DNA of 56,183 bases, the filler included, from Jimgerdemannia flammicorona (Eukaryota): NCBI GenBank assembly GCA_003990765.1. It is 3 parts of 3 records of this genome, joined end to end, with 100 filler letters (N's around TTAATTAATTAA, not from the genome) between each part and the next. Parts side by side here need not be neighbours in the genome. Positions count along the whole stretch, not along the records: positions 18,763 to 37,423 come from RBNJ01002144.1; 2 more parts are not named here. One strand, 5' to 3'. A program made the translations under genes and the position numbers. Below are positions 23,281 through 35,939 of this stretch, piece after piece (within the stretch, counting starts at the first letter, position 1; each line of letters opens with the position of its first letter). The notes beneath the pieces were generated by a model. That model worked only from the letters and a program-made list of their open reading frames with translations, was not told the DNA's origin and did no database searches.

Positions 23281-25706
23281 TATAAGTACACAACCTCTAA
23301 GCCACCAAAATTGCATGTCACCCTCAGAACCAATTTAGAAACCATATGTAAGATCACAAAACAAGTTACTGAAGAGATCACCTGGTTACACAAAATACAC
23401 CAGTATATATGAGAACTTATTGCTAAGATACAAGAATATCAGAAGAAGTACTACAATCATAAGACTGACTCTGAACCTTTACTCATTAAGACAACTAGTC
23501 TTAGTATACTATACTATTATAAAAGAAAACTGAAGTACCAAACTCAAACTGAAATGAGAAGAACCCTATCTTATCTATTAAAGGTTCATGAATCATACTT
23601 ATCAACTCAAGACTAAGATATATTATAACTATATAAGACCTTATTATTTTTTTTTATTTTTTTTTATTTTACAGACTCAGAGTCTTGCAGATTTTATTGA
23701 AAGGAAATCTAGACTATATAGGCCAAAACTCTCTCCTACTACCTATTGAGCACTGCTCTCTTATTTAACCTAAGCTAGCTATTATCCAGCAGCTCAATCA
23801 TACCAAGTATAGTAGAGCCTATAATGGTCTACATCTCATTCTATATACTATACTCTCTCTACTACTAGGGAGAACTCAGCCATATGTCAATGACTGAAAG
23901 CATATGTCCAAAACCCCAATATATATATAAGGTCACACTTAAGTCAAATAGAATAGCCCCTGTCACTCTAAGGAGAATGACAGATAAAGAAAAAAACTCT
24001 TATTAAAATATATCATAGTAGATAGGGCCTGGTTCTTCCAGATGAGATGAGTAAAGAACTTATATATGAGGTGAGAAAAGATCTCCAATACCCCACTATT
24101 TAAGCCTGCAAGCCTCAATTACATTGCCATATCAGCTCCTAGTTTCAGTTGAATATAGCCAAGATATCTAAAATAGGTAGTCTCAGGTCCCCCCAACTCC
24201 TCCAATGACTGGGGTCCAATTCTATGAATTGCCAAAAGAAGCCATGAGTGATATCTACTACCTAACTACTTTACACCAATCAAAAGATCCCACTGAAGCA
24301 GCACTCACCTTAGCCCTAATAACTGCTCTCAGCCTGATATTCTACTGGTTACTATTATCACTTTTTCTCCTATCTATAATAGCCATCTCCTCTTCCATCC
24401 TAACATTACCTAAAAAACAATTACCTATACTAGAACTATACTTACTGAGAAGCTTGCCAAAGCCAGAGGACCTTACCACAGGTATCAAGAACTTGTAGGT
24501 AATCTATACTAGATACTTGATGCTCAAGGTTAGCTAACTTCCTACATAATCCATAATATATTAAGACAACATCTTGTTGGTGACAGTAAAAGAAAGAAGG
24601 TACTGCACCAAAATAAATATACTCTAGATATAGCTGAAGATACCAGAAACTGTAAAAAAGTAGAGAAGATACTAATTCAATACCAATAAAGGAGCAACTC
24701 ATCACTATTGCCTCCTTTCTACTGTTCTGTAATAAATATAGTAAATCAATCTGAGATAGAAGAGATAGTAATTATAGAAAGTAGACTTGGAAGATTGCTT
24801 ATCAAACTAATATGACTAATAAGATAGTAAAGAAAGAGGCATAAGACCTTATTACTTAGCAGAAGTAAAACACATTTGAATATTTCATTTACTCTATCTA
24901 TATCACCTCTATTAGAGAATGATAGATGCTTTATCTGAACTCAAGAAAGTCAATATTGTCAAAACCAATCTCAAGCCTATCTATATGACAGATATTACTA
25001 CTAGAAATTGTCTCAGATTATAGAAAATATCATTTTTAAGAAATTTGAACCCCCAGCTATGACAATGAGAGCTCTTGCCCTAGATAAGGATGGCTAGTCC
25101 TTACAAATATACTAGCAGTCCAAAAAAAAAGAGAACTAAGACCTGTTATTCTTATACAACCACTATCACTAAGGATAGTTTTAATTTTGCAAGAGGCAGA
25201 TATGATGATACCTTTGAAACTGATGATATCAGAAGTCAGAAAACTACTTAGATATTATCAGAGATAATATTATTGATGGTGATGTCATTGAAGACTATCT
25301 AGATAGCATTTAAATCTATAGATAGCCTAGTAGTTATTAGTATAATTAGATTAGCCTTGTATGATATGACTGTATACTAACTCAGCAGTCAGACAATCTC
25401 TTGATATATCAGTTTACACTTATACTATATGACTATATTCTAACTCAGTAAGGCACTAAGTACTATATCCATATTTAGTATAGTCCAGATAGCCTCTTAT
25501 TAATATAAATACTCCCTCTCCCAGACCTCAGAATCTCAGACTTGAACAGATAAGAACAATCTGAATACAATTCTTGAACACTTTCTTACAATATCTCTTT
25601 ACAACTATTCCTAATATAATAATATTATAAATAGTGAATAAACTTATTTAATAACCCACAAACCACTCTTAAGTAAATCTACACCCTGTTAGATCCCACT
25701 CTTAAC
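23281..25706 (+). repeat. Variant LTR of the same family with a different internal segment, split by a retroposon and 3'-truncated
   Basis: First ~80 bp match the LTR start; 25257-25706 matches the ORF tail (IRDNIIDGDVIEDYLDSI*) and downstream LTR; the middle does not match. Confidence 0.75.
23647..24840 (-). mobile_element. 1.2-kb non-autonomous poly(A) retroposon
   Basis: A-rich tail; AATAAA ~20 nt before it; perfect 14-bp TSD ATAAGACCTTATTA (23633-23646, 24841-24854). Confidence 0.85.
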
Positions 25707-26000
25707 TAGTACTTTGATTGAGTCAGGAAAATTTGAATCTGATTTAAATTTGCCAATTATATGTCTGATTTAAGCTAGTTTGAATTTATTACATAATGAA
25801 TTCAAACCAATCTGAATTTATTATGTGATAAATTCAAATCAGTTTAAATTTATCATATGATAAATTTGAATCAGTTCAAATTCATTATATAATAAATTCA
25901 AATCAGTTCAAATTCAAATTTAATATATATTGAGTTCAGGTTGATTTGAATCCAAATTGAACCAGCTCAAATTTACCTCAAGAGTTAGAATCCTGACAAA
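25707..26000. repeat. Hypermutated TAGTGCT-terminus (hAT-like) element with ~30-bp tandem units
   Basis: TAGTACTTTGATTGAGTC start truncates the LTR; repeated GAATTTATTAT..ATAAATTCAAA.CAGTT. Confidence 0.4.
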
Positions 26001-26629
26001 TTCTTCTGATGACAAATCAAACTAAATTAGGAGTCAACTAGTACAAATTAATAAGCCCACCAAAAAGAGCAATTCTTTAGTAGAAAAAAAACCCCCAAAA
26101 AAAGAACACTATATTTGCCAAACTTCTACCAAATATTCAAAAACTATAACATAATATGAAAATCAGTTACCAAATATACAAAATATCTACAGATTTTTTT
26201 GCTCTCCTAAGTTTTTAAAAAATTTATTATAGTAGTATATAGCTTCTAAGGTTCTGTGATAGATACTCAGAGATAAACTATTCAAAACTTCATCTCTAAT
26301 ATGTAACTATCAAACTATATAATTGATTTGGATAAAACACTATCATCATATTAGCCTCTAGTAAAACTCTGATGCCATAAGCCAAATTATAGAATAAACT
26401 CTCAGATTTTGAGATATACTATCTTTTATATTTAATGATACAGAATAAAACAGATATTATGTCTTGATCAGTATGAGTAGGAGAGCTTGCATATTGGTCA
26501 AAAAATATGTTACTGACTTTCACTATATTTTGCTCAAATTGAAATCCTCCAAGTCTAAAATGTATTCTAGATTGATCTAGATTGATCTGACCTCTATCTA
26601 TTTTAGATAATTTCAAAGCTAACAAAGAT

Positions 26630-26790
26630 ACTGATGCTAAAGTTGGGAATGCCAGAGATATCAGAGATACTAAGGATGCTGGGAATGCTGGGGATATCAG
26701 GGATGCCAGGAATACTAAGGATATCAGGGATGCTGAGGATGCTGGAGATACTGAGAATACCAAGGATGCCAAGGATATTGAGATACCCCC
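26630..26790. repeat. Degenerate 9-bp tandem repeat (GGATGCYRR)n
   Basis: Visible periodicity. Confidence 0.7.
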
Positions 26791-27015
26791 TGAAATTTCC
26801 TCAGGAGATAAATAATAAGAAGCATTGAATTGGTCAAAAATTGGGTGAAGCAGGGGAATTTGTCACCACATCTGGTAAGAAGTATTGAAAAGAAATAAAG
26901 CTATCTCTATAATAGCTATTTTATATTCCTTCTATTTATCTTGTCCAATTTTTGGTTTAAAATTATTGAGAGGTATAATACTGTAATACATCTCTCTGAT
27001 ATGTAAGATCCAGTT

Positions 27016-29093
27016 TGTAAGTAAACAACCTCTAAGCTACTGAAATCACACATCACCCTCTGAACAAGCCACCAAAATCACACATGACCTCTGAACAAAT
27101 CTGGAAATCACCTGCTCAATCATGAAGCTAAGTCAAACTGAAGTCACAGTACACAAAGCTGAGTCAATATGAAGTCACAGAACATAAGATTTACACAAAT
27201 AGAATCTTATCAATCAGAACCAAATGTATATATACCAAGCACTGAGATACGTTGAAACAGAGAACCAAAACAAACAATAACTATAACTTCTGAATACACA
27301 CAAATATGACTACTGAGATCTATAACTGCATTCACACTAATATTTGGAATGCCATTATCAACTGAGCTACACTCTCTCTGCTCCTCATGAATATCCATAG
27401 TTTAGCACCCCTCTACTTTATAGAAGTCCAATGGAATGCCCTGAACATGCTTAATGAGGCCCACTGAATCAGACAAATCTCAAGCTACTATCAGATCAGC
27501 TGTCTCCTGGAAGACATGGTCAAACACCACCATGATACAGACATTACCCAGATGTCTCAACACCAGAAACATATTGCCCACAAACACTGAGAACTCTTTT
27601 ATAAGTATAGCACCTTTATTCCCTACCTCTGAGTTACTACCAGCAAAATAGTTACTACTCTGTCCTATGGCCAAATTGATGACATGATACAAGAACTCAA
27701 CTACAAGTATCTAGAATATGTCCAGACCACAGACAGAATCTTCTTGTACCCTGACAACTATATCCTACAAATGCCTTAAGTCAGATACGCTATAAAGAAT
27801 ATCTATAATATAATCTACTTCAATGAAGATGAAGCAGAAGACAATGATCTCTCTGACACTGACATGACCTCTAGCCAAGAATCTCTACCAACTCTGATCA
27901 CACCGCCAACCTTACCAATGAACTTACAATAGTTCATAACCACATATGAAACCTATTGGGACAATGACTACTGGTATAAATACTAACCTGCATTTATCCC
28001 TGATTACTTCAACTATAATGAAGAAACTGGAGAACACAATCTGTACCTCCAGGCAACCCTTGAGATCAAACCAACCACTCCACCACCCGAGTACGAGTGA
28101 TATGAACCACAGTCACCAGCTTACTACAATCCCATGACTTATAGTGCTGTAACCTAAAGAAAATATGCAGACAGTGAATCTGATAAAAGCAAGAACAATA
28201 TATCCCTCCTTCATTCACCAACACCTTATCCAGCATACAAGACTGATGATGCCATTTTGTGGGATGGAGATGAAGTTCCAATGTATTACATATTACCTCA
28301 GTGAACAAGGAGAAGTAATCTGCGAACCACTCTTCCTAGATAACTACTTCATTAGAGATAATACAATTGATAGTGATATCATTGAAGACTACCCAGACAA
28401 CATCTAAATCTATAAATAGTCTAGCAGTTATAGTATAGTTAGATTAGCCTTGTATGACATAACTGTGGACTGACTCAGTACTCAGACAATCTCTTGATAT
28501 ATCAGATCACACTTGTACTATATGACTGCATTCTGACTCAGCAAGGCACTAAGTGCTATATCCATATTTAGCATAGTCCAGATAGCCCCTCACTAGTATA
28601 AATACCCCCTCCCCCAGACCTCAGAATCTCAGACTTAAACAGACTTGAATACACAAGAACATTCCTGAACACTTTTCTATAATATCCCTTCACACAACCA
28701 CTCCTAGTATAGCAATATCATGAATAGTGAATAAATCTATTTAATAACCCACAAACCACTCTTAAGTAAATCCACTCTCCATTAGATCTCACTCCTAACT
28801 CCATCATAAAATTTCCTAATTGGGTATTGCCTGCAGTGATATGCCAATTCAACTAAGCTGGTCTTAGTTTCTTGAACTTCCTGAAATACAGAAAATTCTG
28901 AATATCTAGAACTAGTCTGAAAAAGGACTTTGGTTGAGACATTAACCCAATCTTGAAATTAATAAGCATAGAGGACATACTCTATATGAAATTGATCTTA
29001 ACCATAAGAAAACAGTCTTCCAGAATATCTAGAACTTTCAGAAAACTCTTTCAGAACTATATAATGGTTACTCTAAAAAGCAACTCTCTTACA
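27016..29093 (+). mobile_element. Solo LTR, long 2078-bp form
   Basis: TGTAAG...CTTACA; perfect 5-bp TSD CAGTT (27011-27015, 29094-29098); ends colinear with the 969-bp LTRs. Confidence 0.93.
27306..28407 (+). pseudogene. LTR-embedded ORF, ~365 aa consensus, unknown function
   Basis: MTTEIY...DYPDNI*; the stops checked are sense codons (CGA/CAA/TGG) in sister copies; TATATATA at 27227 upstream. Confidence 0.75.
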
Positions 29094-29623
29094 CAGTTCT
29101 AGCTTGAACTTTGCTATGCAATCTAGCTTTCTGAACTTTGAATGCCTTCTTACAAATATCCATCAAAACTTGACTTACTTGATCTCTCAACATCTCTCTC
29201 TAAACAATAAGAACAACTTCCTCTGTATCAGCATCCAAGAGAATATAATTGTAGTGTGAATTTAGAATACCAGCTAGCAAGATGAAAAACTCCAAAAACA
29301 TTACAATTCAAAAATGATTTTGACACTCTTTTTCTAAAGACTTGACAAAATATTGCTGTTCTACTTCTTCCAAATTTTGTGTATAAAGTATTATTATCCA
29401 GTCTTCTAGAAGATTAAGTCTCAGAATTCTCAGTATTTCGAAATTCTGCAGACTTGGGATACAGAACTGAGTCTGGATAAATTTGGCCTTAAGATTTATT
29501 ATTGATTCAAAAAATCTATTAATAGTATTTTATATTAATCCTTCTTCATTTTCTAAAATTAAAATAAAATGCAAAATAACCTTATAAATAATTTAGATGG
29601 GCATACCCCCACATCTCCTCTCC

Positions 29624-29654
<31 letters not shown>

Positions 29655-30589
29655 TGCTTCAGAAACTTAAATAGTGGGAAGATATTGAAAAATTCAATTA
29701 TATATTTTCTAATCTATCAGAGAAGGGCTCTTAGGAAAATAAAAATACTATAGCTTAGACAATCTCTCATGATAGAAACTTCTAAATACCTTCTAAAGTA
29801 CATTAATTCTTTGCTCCCACATCAATCACATAAGCTAGTGAGCCCAAAAACTTTTCCAAAATATCACATTCTAAGAGTTTTCCAAAATCCAACCCAGGAC
29901 CAACTCTACCAGATAGAAGAGTTGAGAGAATCACTAAAATAGCCTCCAACTCTTATCTTGAAGCAGTTAGCAATTCACTTAGGTCAAAATCAGCAGAGAT
30001 AAAATTGTCTTCTATTTTGCAATAATATACTGGAAAAACCTGATAGTGTAAAGAGAGGGATTATCAGAATGGAAAAAAAAAACAAAACTAATAAGAGATA
30101 TTAAGAGATATAGGAGGATACTAGAGGATATCAGAGACTGGTCATAAGAGGTACTTCTCTAAAGAGAGAGAATATTATTGGTGTAGATCAGGAGTCACTC
30201 TCCTAACTAGTCTCTGGTCATTCTCATGACATTTCTGTCATAGTGAGATAGGTGAGCCCAGCTGCCAAAAGCCCTCCTCCCAAGAGTAAATGCTGGAGGC
30301 CAGCTAGAAGAGATTCTCTGCTAAAGCAAGAGTATGTAGCCAGTACAAATCTGGGAACATCTCTCTGATCAGCCTCCTTGGAATGCTGAAGACTGACTGT
30401 GAGAGGTCCTCCTCTGGAGAGAGAGTACATTATCAGTATAAATTGAGGAACACTCCCCCAAATGGCCTTCTGGATGAAATACTGAAGATAAACTACAAGA
30501 GATTCTCCTCAGAAATGAGAGAGAATATTTTTGACACAGATCAGGAGACACTCCCCCAATCAGTCTTCATGTTACTAGCATATCATTGT

Positions 30590-30939
30590 GGCAAACATCA
30601 GCTTGGCAAACATCAGCTTGACAAATATTGGCTTGGCAAATATCATTATGGAGAATAAATACAATATACCAAAAGCAGTAAGGCAAGGTGAGGTGAGGTG
30701 AGATGGGGTAAGGCAGGTTAGAGAATATACTATAAAGTATCTTAGGCAGAGAGTACAGATGGTTTTTTCAAGTGACAAGGTATGTTGAAGTGGTCAGAAT
30801 AGAGCATAGACAGCCTTTTCAAGCAGTGAGACATGTGGAATATGAGCTGCAAGAAATAGAGAGTAAGAGAAGTAAAGCAGAGCAAGTGAGGGAAGTGAAG
30901 TAGAGCGAGTGAGAGAAGTGAAACAGAGTAAGTAAGAGA
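30590..30939. repeat. Simple and tandem repeats: 15-bp GGCAAACATCAGCTT, (GAGGT)n, ~20-bp GAGAAGTGAAGCAGAG
   Basis: Visible periodicity. Confidence 0.6.
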
Positions 30940-32696
30940 AGTGGTTTGTAGGTTATTAAATAGGTTTATTTGCTATTCATGATATTGCTATACTAGGAGT
31001 AGTTGTATGAAGAGATATTATAGAGAAGTATTCAGGATTTTTCTTGTGTTTTGAGTCTTCAAGTCTTCAAGTCATCAAGTCTGAGATTCTGAGGTCTGGG
31101 GGAGGGGATATTTATACTAGTGAGGGTTATCTAGGCTATGCTGAATATGGGTATAGCACTTTAGTACTTTGCTGAGTTGGAATGTAGTTACATAGTATAA
31201 GTATGATCTGACATGTCAAGAGATTGTCTGACTGCTGAGTCAGTTCACAGTTACATTGTATGAGACTAATCTAACTATACTTATGATTGCTAAGCTATTT
31301 ATAGGTTTAGATGCTGTCTGGGTAGTCTTTGATGACATCACTATTAATGGTATCATCTCTGATGAAGTAGTCATCTAGAAAGAGTTATTCATAGATTAAT
31401 TCTCCTTATTTACTAAAATAATAATACATTGGAACTTCATCACTATCCCACAGGATAGCATTATCTGTTTCATATGCTGGGTAAGGTGTTAGTGGGTGAA
31501 GGAGGGGTGCATTATCTTTGCTTTCATCAGATTCGCTATCTGCATATCTTCTATAAGTTATGGCACTATGAGTTGCAGAGTTGTAGTAAGCTAGTAACTG
31601 TGGCTCATGTTGCTCATACTTGGGTGGTAGAGTAGTTGGTTCAATCTTGAGGATTGTCTGAAGGTACAGGTTGTATTTTCCTGTCTCTTCATTGTAGTTG
31701 AAGTAATTGGGGGGGCAAATGTGGATTAGTATTTGTATCAGTGGTCATTGTCCCAATAGGTCTCATAGGTGGTTATGAACTGTTGTAAGTTCATTGGTAA
31801 GATTGGTGGAGTGATCAAGGTTGGCAGAGATCCTTGGCTCATGGTCATATCAGCATCAGAGGGATCATTGTCTTTTGCTTCATCTTCATCAAATCGGATT
31901 ATATTGTAGACATTCTTCATAGTATATCCAACTTGAGATATTTGTAGGATATGGTCATTGGGGTGCAGGAAGGTTCTGTCTGTGGTCTGAATATACTCAA
32001 GATACTTGTGGTTGAGTTCTTATATTATGTTGTCAATTTGGCCATAGGACAGAGTAGCAATCATTTCAGCAGTAGTAACTTGGAGGTAGGGAATAACAGT
32101 GCTATACTTATAAAAGAGTACTCGGTGTTTGCAGACAATGAGTTTCTGGTATTGAGACATCTGAGTGATATCTGTATCACAGTGGTGTTTGACTATGTCT
32201 TCTAGGAGGTGACTGATCTGATAGTAGCTTGAGATTTGTCTGATTTGGTGGGTCTTGCTAAGCATGTTTAGGGCATTCCACCAGACTTCCACAAAGTAGA
32301 GGAATACTAGACTATAGATATTCATGAGGGGCAGAAGGGGTGTGGCTCGGTTGACAATAGTATTCCAAATATCAGCACAGATGTAGTTATAGATCTCAGT
32401 AGTCATATTTGTATATATTCAGAAGTTGTGGTTATTGTTTATTTTTGATTCTCTGTTTTGATGTATCTTGGTACTCAGTATATATACATTTAGTCCTGAT
32501 TGGTAAGATCCTATTTGTATAAGTCTTGTGTTCTGTAACTTTGTATTAACTCAGCTTTGTGCACTGTGACTTCAGTTTGACTCAGCTTTGTGATCTTACA
32601 GATGATTTCCAGATTTGTTTAGAGGTTGCATATGATTTCAGTGGCTTGTTCAGAGGTGACATGTAATTTCAGTGGCTTGGAGGTTGTGTGCTTACA
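30940..32696 (-). repeat. Long-form LTR copy with ORF, 3'-truncated, abutting the gag knuckle of the second gypsy
   Basis: Reverse-complement match to 27016-28760; ORF 32020-32406 MTTEIYNYICADIWN. Confidence 0.9.
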
Positions 32697-35600
32697 ACCA
32701 CCTGAAGAAATCTGAAGCCTGTTTTTTCTATTGCCAAACAAGACACATTGCAACTAAATGTCCTAAGAAGACTAGTGAACTCTTAAGACCAGTCACTGTG
32801 TTGTCCAAAGATACACCTGTCAATCCCACTATTAGTTAACTTGAGCTCAAGATCAAGAAGCTTTATCTGAAGGCTCAGATCTCTCAATATCAAATAGAAA
32901 GAGACATTGGTCTTGACCTCCACTCAGTCAAATAAGTTACTATTCCAGCCAAAGGCTATACTCTGGTGCCTACTGGAATTACAGTTCAATGCTCTGAAGG
33001 ACATTATGCTAGAATTACACCATGATCAGGACTCAGTATCAAATATCATTTAGATATAAGTACTGGTGTCATTGACCTAGACTTTCAAGGACAAGTTCAA
33101 GTCTTGCTTGTCAACCAGAAGGATCAAGACTACACAGTTAAAGAAGGAGACTGAGTTGCACAAATGATCCTAGAAAAAGCCAGTCAACTTAAGATTACAG
33201 AAATCCAAGAACTCCTTGAAACCAAATGAGATTAAAAGGATTTTGGCAGTACTGATCAAGCAGCAAGTCTTAGTAAAAATCAAGCTCAAGCTATGCTTAT
33301 TTTCAAAGGCCTAGTCAAAGGGAAAGAAGTTCAAGTACTCATAGACAGCAGAGTTGCAGAGAACTTCATCAATCAGAATCTCATTAAAAGCCTCAAGATC
33401 CTCACTAGACCTGTATCCAAGAATAATAGTATAGTTACTACAGACAGTACTCTGCACCCCATCAAGTCAATTGTTGCCAAACTACCCATTAAGATCCAGA
33501 AATATTGAAAATGAGTAGACTTTGAGGTTGCACCACTAGGAGATTATAACTTGATCTTAGGAAAACCCTGGCTTACAAAACACAACTCAGATATTGATTG
33601 GTACAAGAATGAAGTCACTCTACTTTAAGATGGAGCCAACATTATGATCATGATAGACAAAACTATGAGTAAGACCCAGATTGCAATACTGTCAGCTTTA
33701 TAGTACAAGAAAGTACTCAAGAAAGCAATGCATGTCTTCATTGTAATGATCTACTCCAAGAAATAAGATAAGAGACTATTAGTCAATAAAAGCATCAAGC
33801 TACTGCTAGAAGAATTTAAAGATGTCTTTTCAGATAAGCTACCTGGTCTACCACCTACATGAGAAGTTGATCATGAAATCAAACTGACCCCAGGAGCTAT
33901 ACCACCTAAGAAACACATATACTATATATCATCACTTGAAATTGAAACAGTCCAGAAGAAACTAGAAGAACTACTTATACAAGAAGCCATTAAGCCAAGC
34001 AAATCTTCTTATGGCTCACCAGTCTTATTCATCAAGAAGAAGGATGGTATCCTATGAATATGTATAGACTATCATACACTCAATAAACTCACTGTCAAGA
34101 ACCACTATCTGCTATCTTTGATTGATCAAATCTTTGATACTCTCAAGAATGTCAAGTACTTCACCAAGTTAGATCTTATGTCAGGATACCACCAGATTCA
34201 AATCAAGCCAGAAGATATTCCCAAGACTACATTCATGACTCTCTTTGGACTCTATGAATTCCTGATCTTAGCATTTAGTCTCACCAATATACCCACCACA
34301 TTCCAGACTCTGATGAATAAGATATTCAAGGACTAACTATTTATTTTCCTGTTAGTATATCTTTATGACATCCTGATCTTTAGTGCAACTAAAGAAGAAC
34401 ACCTCAAATACATTCAAATAGTCCTAGAGATTCTACAAAAATATAAGCTTTATGCTAAGCTCAAGAGTGTGAATTCTTCAAGGAACAAGTTGAATATCTT
34501 GGCCACATTGTCTCTATATAAGGAATTCAAGTAGACCTATACAAGATAGAAGTAATTGAAGAATGGCCTGATTCTATCAAACCTCACAGAACTCTGATCC
34601 TTTCTTGGTCTAGCTGGCTATTACTGCTGCTTTGTCAGAAACTTCTCTGGTATTACTGAGCCACTAACTAACCTCATAAGAAAGGCTCCACACTCAGACT
34701 ACTATATACCCTACATCTGGGACCTCTTTTGTCAACAAGTCTTTCAAGAACTCAAAAACTACCTGACTCATACTCCAGTTCTGCATAATACAGATCAAGG
34801 TCTAAAATTTATAGTTACTACTGATGTGTCAAATTTTACCATTGGAGCAGTCCTATCACAAGATGATGACAAAGGACATCACCCTATAGCTTTTGAGTTC
34901 TGCAAGCTGGCCCCAGCTGAACAAAAGCTAGCTACTCACAAGAAGGAACTACTAGCAATAATATATGTACTAGACTACTGGTGATACTATTTAGAAGGTA
35001 TTGAGTTTGATGTCATTACTGATCATTAATCTCTCAAATACATCAACACCCAACCTACTCTGTTATATCTATAAGTCAAGTGGAGCCTCAAGCTTCAAAC
35101 CTTCAATCCAACAATCATCTATAAGCCTGGTAAGACACTTATAGTATCAGATGCCTTATCAAGATGCTCAGACCTCACCACAATTATATAAGTTACCTTG
35201 GCATCAGAATTCCTAGACCAAATCAGACAAGCTTACAAAGAAGATACAGTTGCCACTAGAGTTTTCTTGAATGAACTCAAGGATATATATACTGTTGAGA
35301 ACAACTTAATCTATCATTAAGATCAAGTCTACCTATCTGAAAACATGAACCTATGCTACAAGGTTTTGCAAGAACACTATGACTCCTCTCTTACCGGTCA
35401 CCTGGAAATTGAGAAGACTGTCAAGAACATCCAATACCACTACTATTGGCCAAACATGGTCAAGGAAATCAAGAACTATGTTGCCAGCTATAATCTATGT
35501 CAGCACAACAAGTCTACTAACCAAGCACCTGCCAGTTTGTTACAACCACTGTCAATTCCTATCAAGAAGTTTGAGTAAGTCACCATGGACTTTATAACTC

Positions 35601-35939
35601 AACTACTATGAACTCAATCTAGTGCTGATGCTATTGTCATATTTGTTGACTGCCTGACTAAGACTATGGTTGCTGAATCAACTACTATCAATATTACTAT
35701 ATCCAAGATTACAAAAATCTTCTTCAAGTTCATCTTCCATCACTATGGTCTACTCTGAGTAATTATTAGCGATCATGACCCCAAGTTTACCAGTCACTTC
35801 TGGCAAACCCTCTTCAAGACTCTGAGAACCCAATTGGCTATGTTTACTATCTTTTACTTATAAACTAATGGACAAACTGAGTATATGAACAGAACTCTAG
35901 AACAAATACTTAGAAACTATGTTTCTTATAAACAAGATG
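32697..35939 (+). mobile_element. Second Ty3/gypsy internal region (CCHC-dUTPase-PR-RT-RH-IN), degenerate
   Basis: Degenerate knuckle; protease VLIDSRVAENF; RT KLDLMSGYHQI..DIPKTTF; integrase GHLE..YYWP, TMDFIT, IISDHDPKFTS. Confidence 0.92.
32845..33253 (+). pseudogene. dUTPase domain of the second gypsy
   Basis: DIGLDL, VPTG, ARITP*SGL, GVIDLDFQGQV, GD*VAQMI, FGST; in frame with knuckle and protease. Confidence 0.9.

Noticed and set aside
27306..28407. LTR ORF as a retroviral env
   Set aside because: No signal peptide, transmembrane segment or furin site is visible; the protein is acidic and looks soluble.
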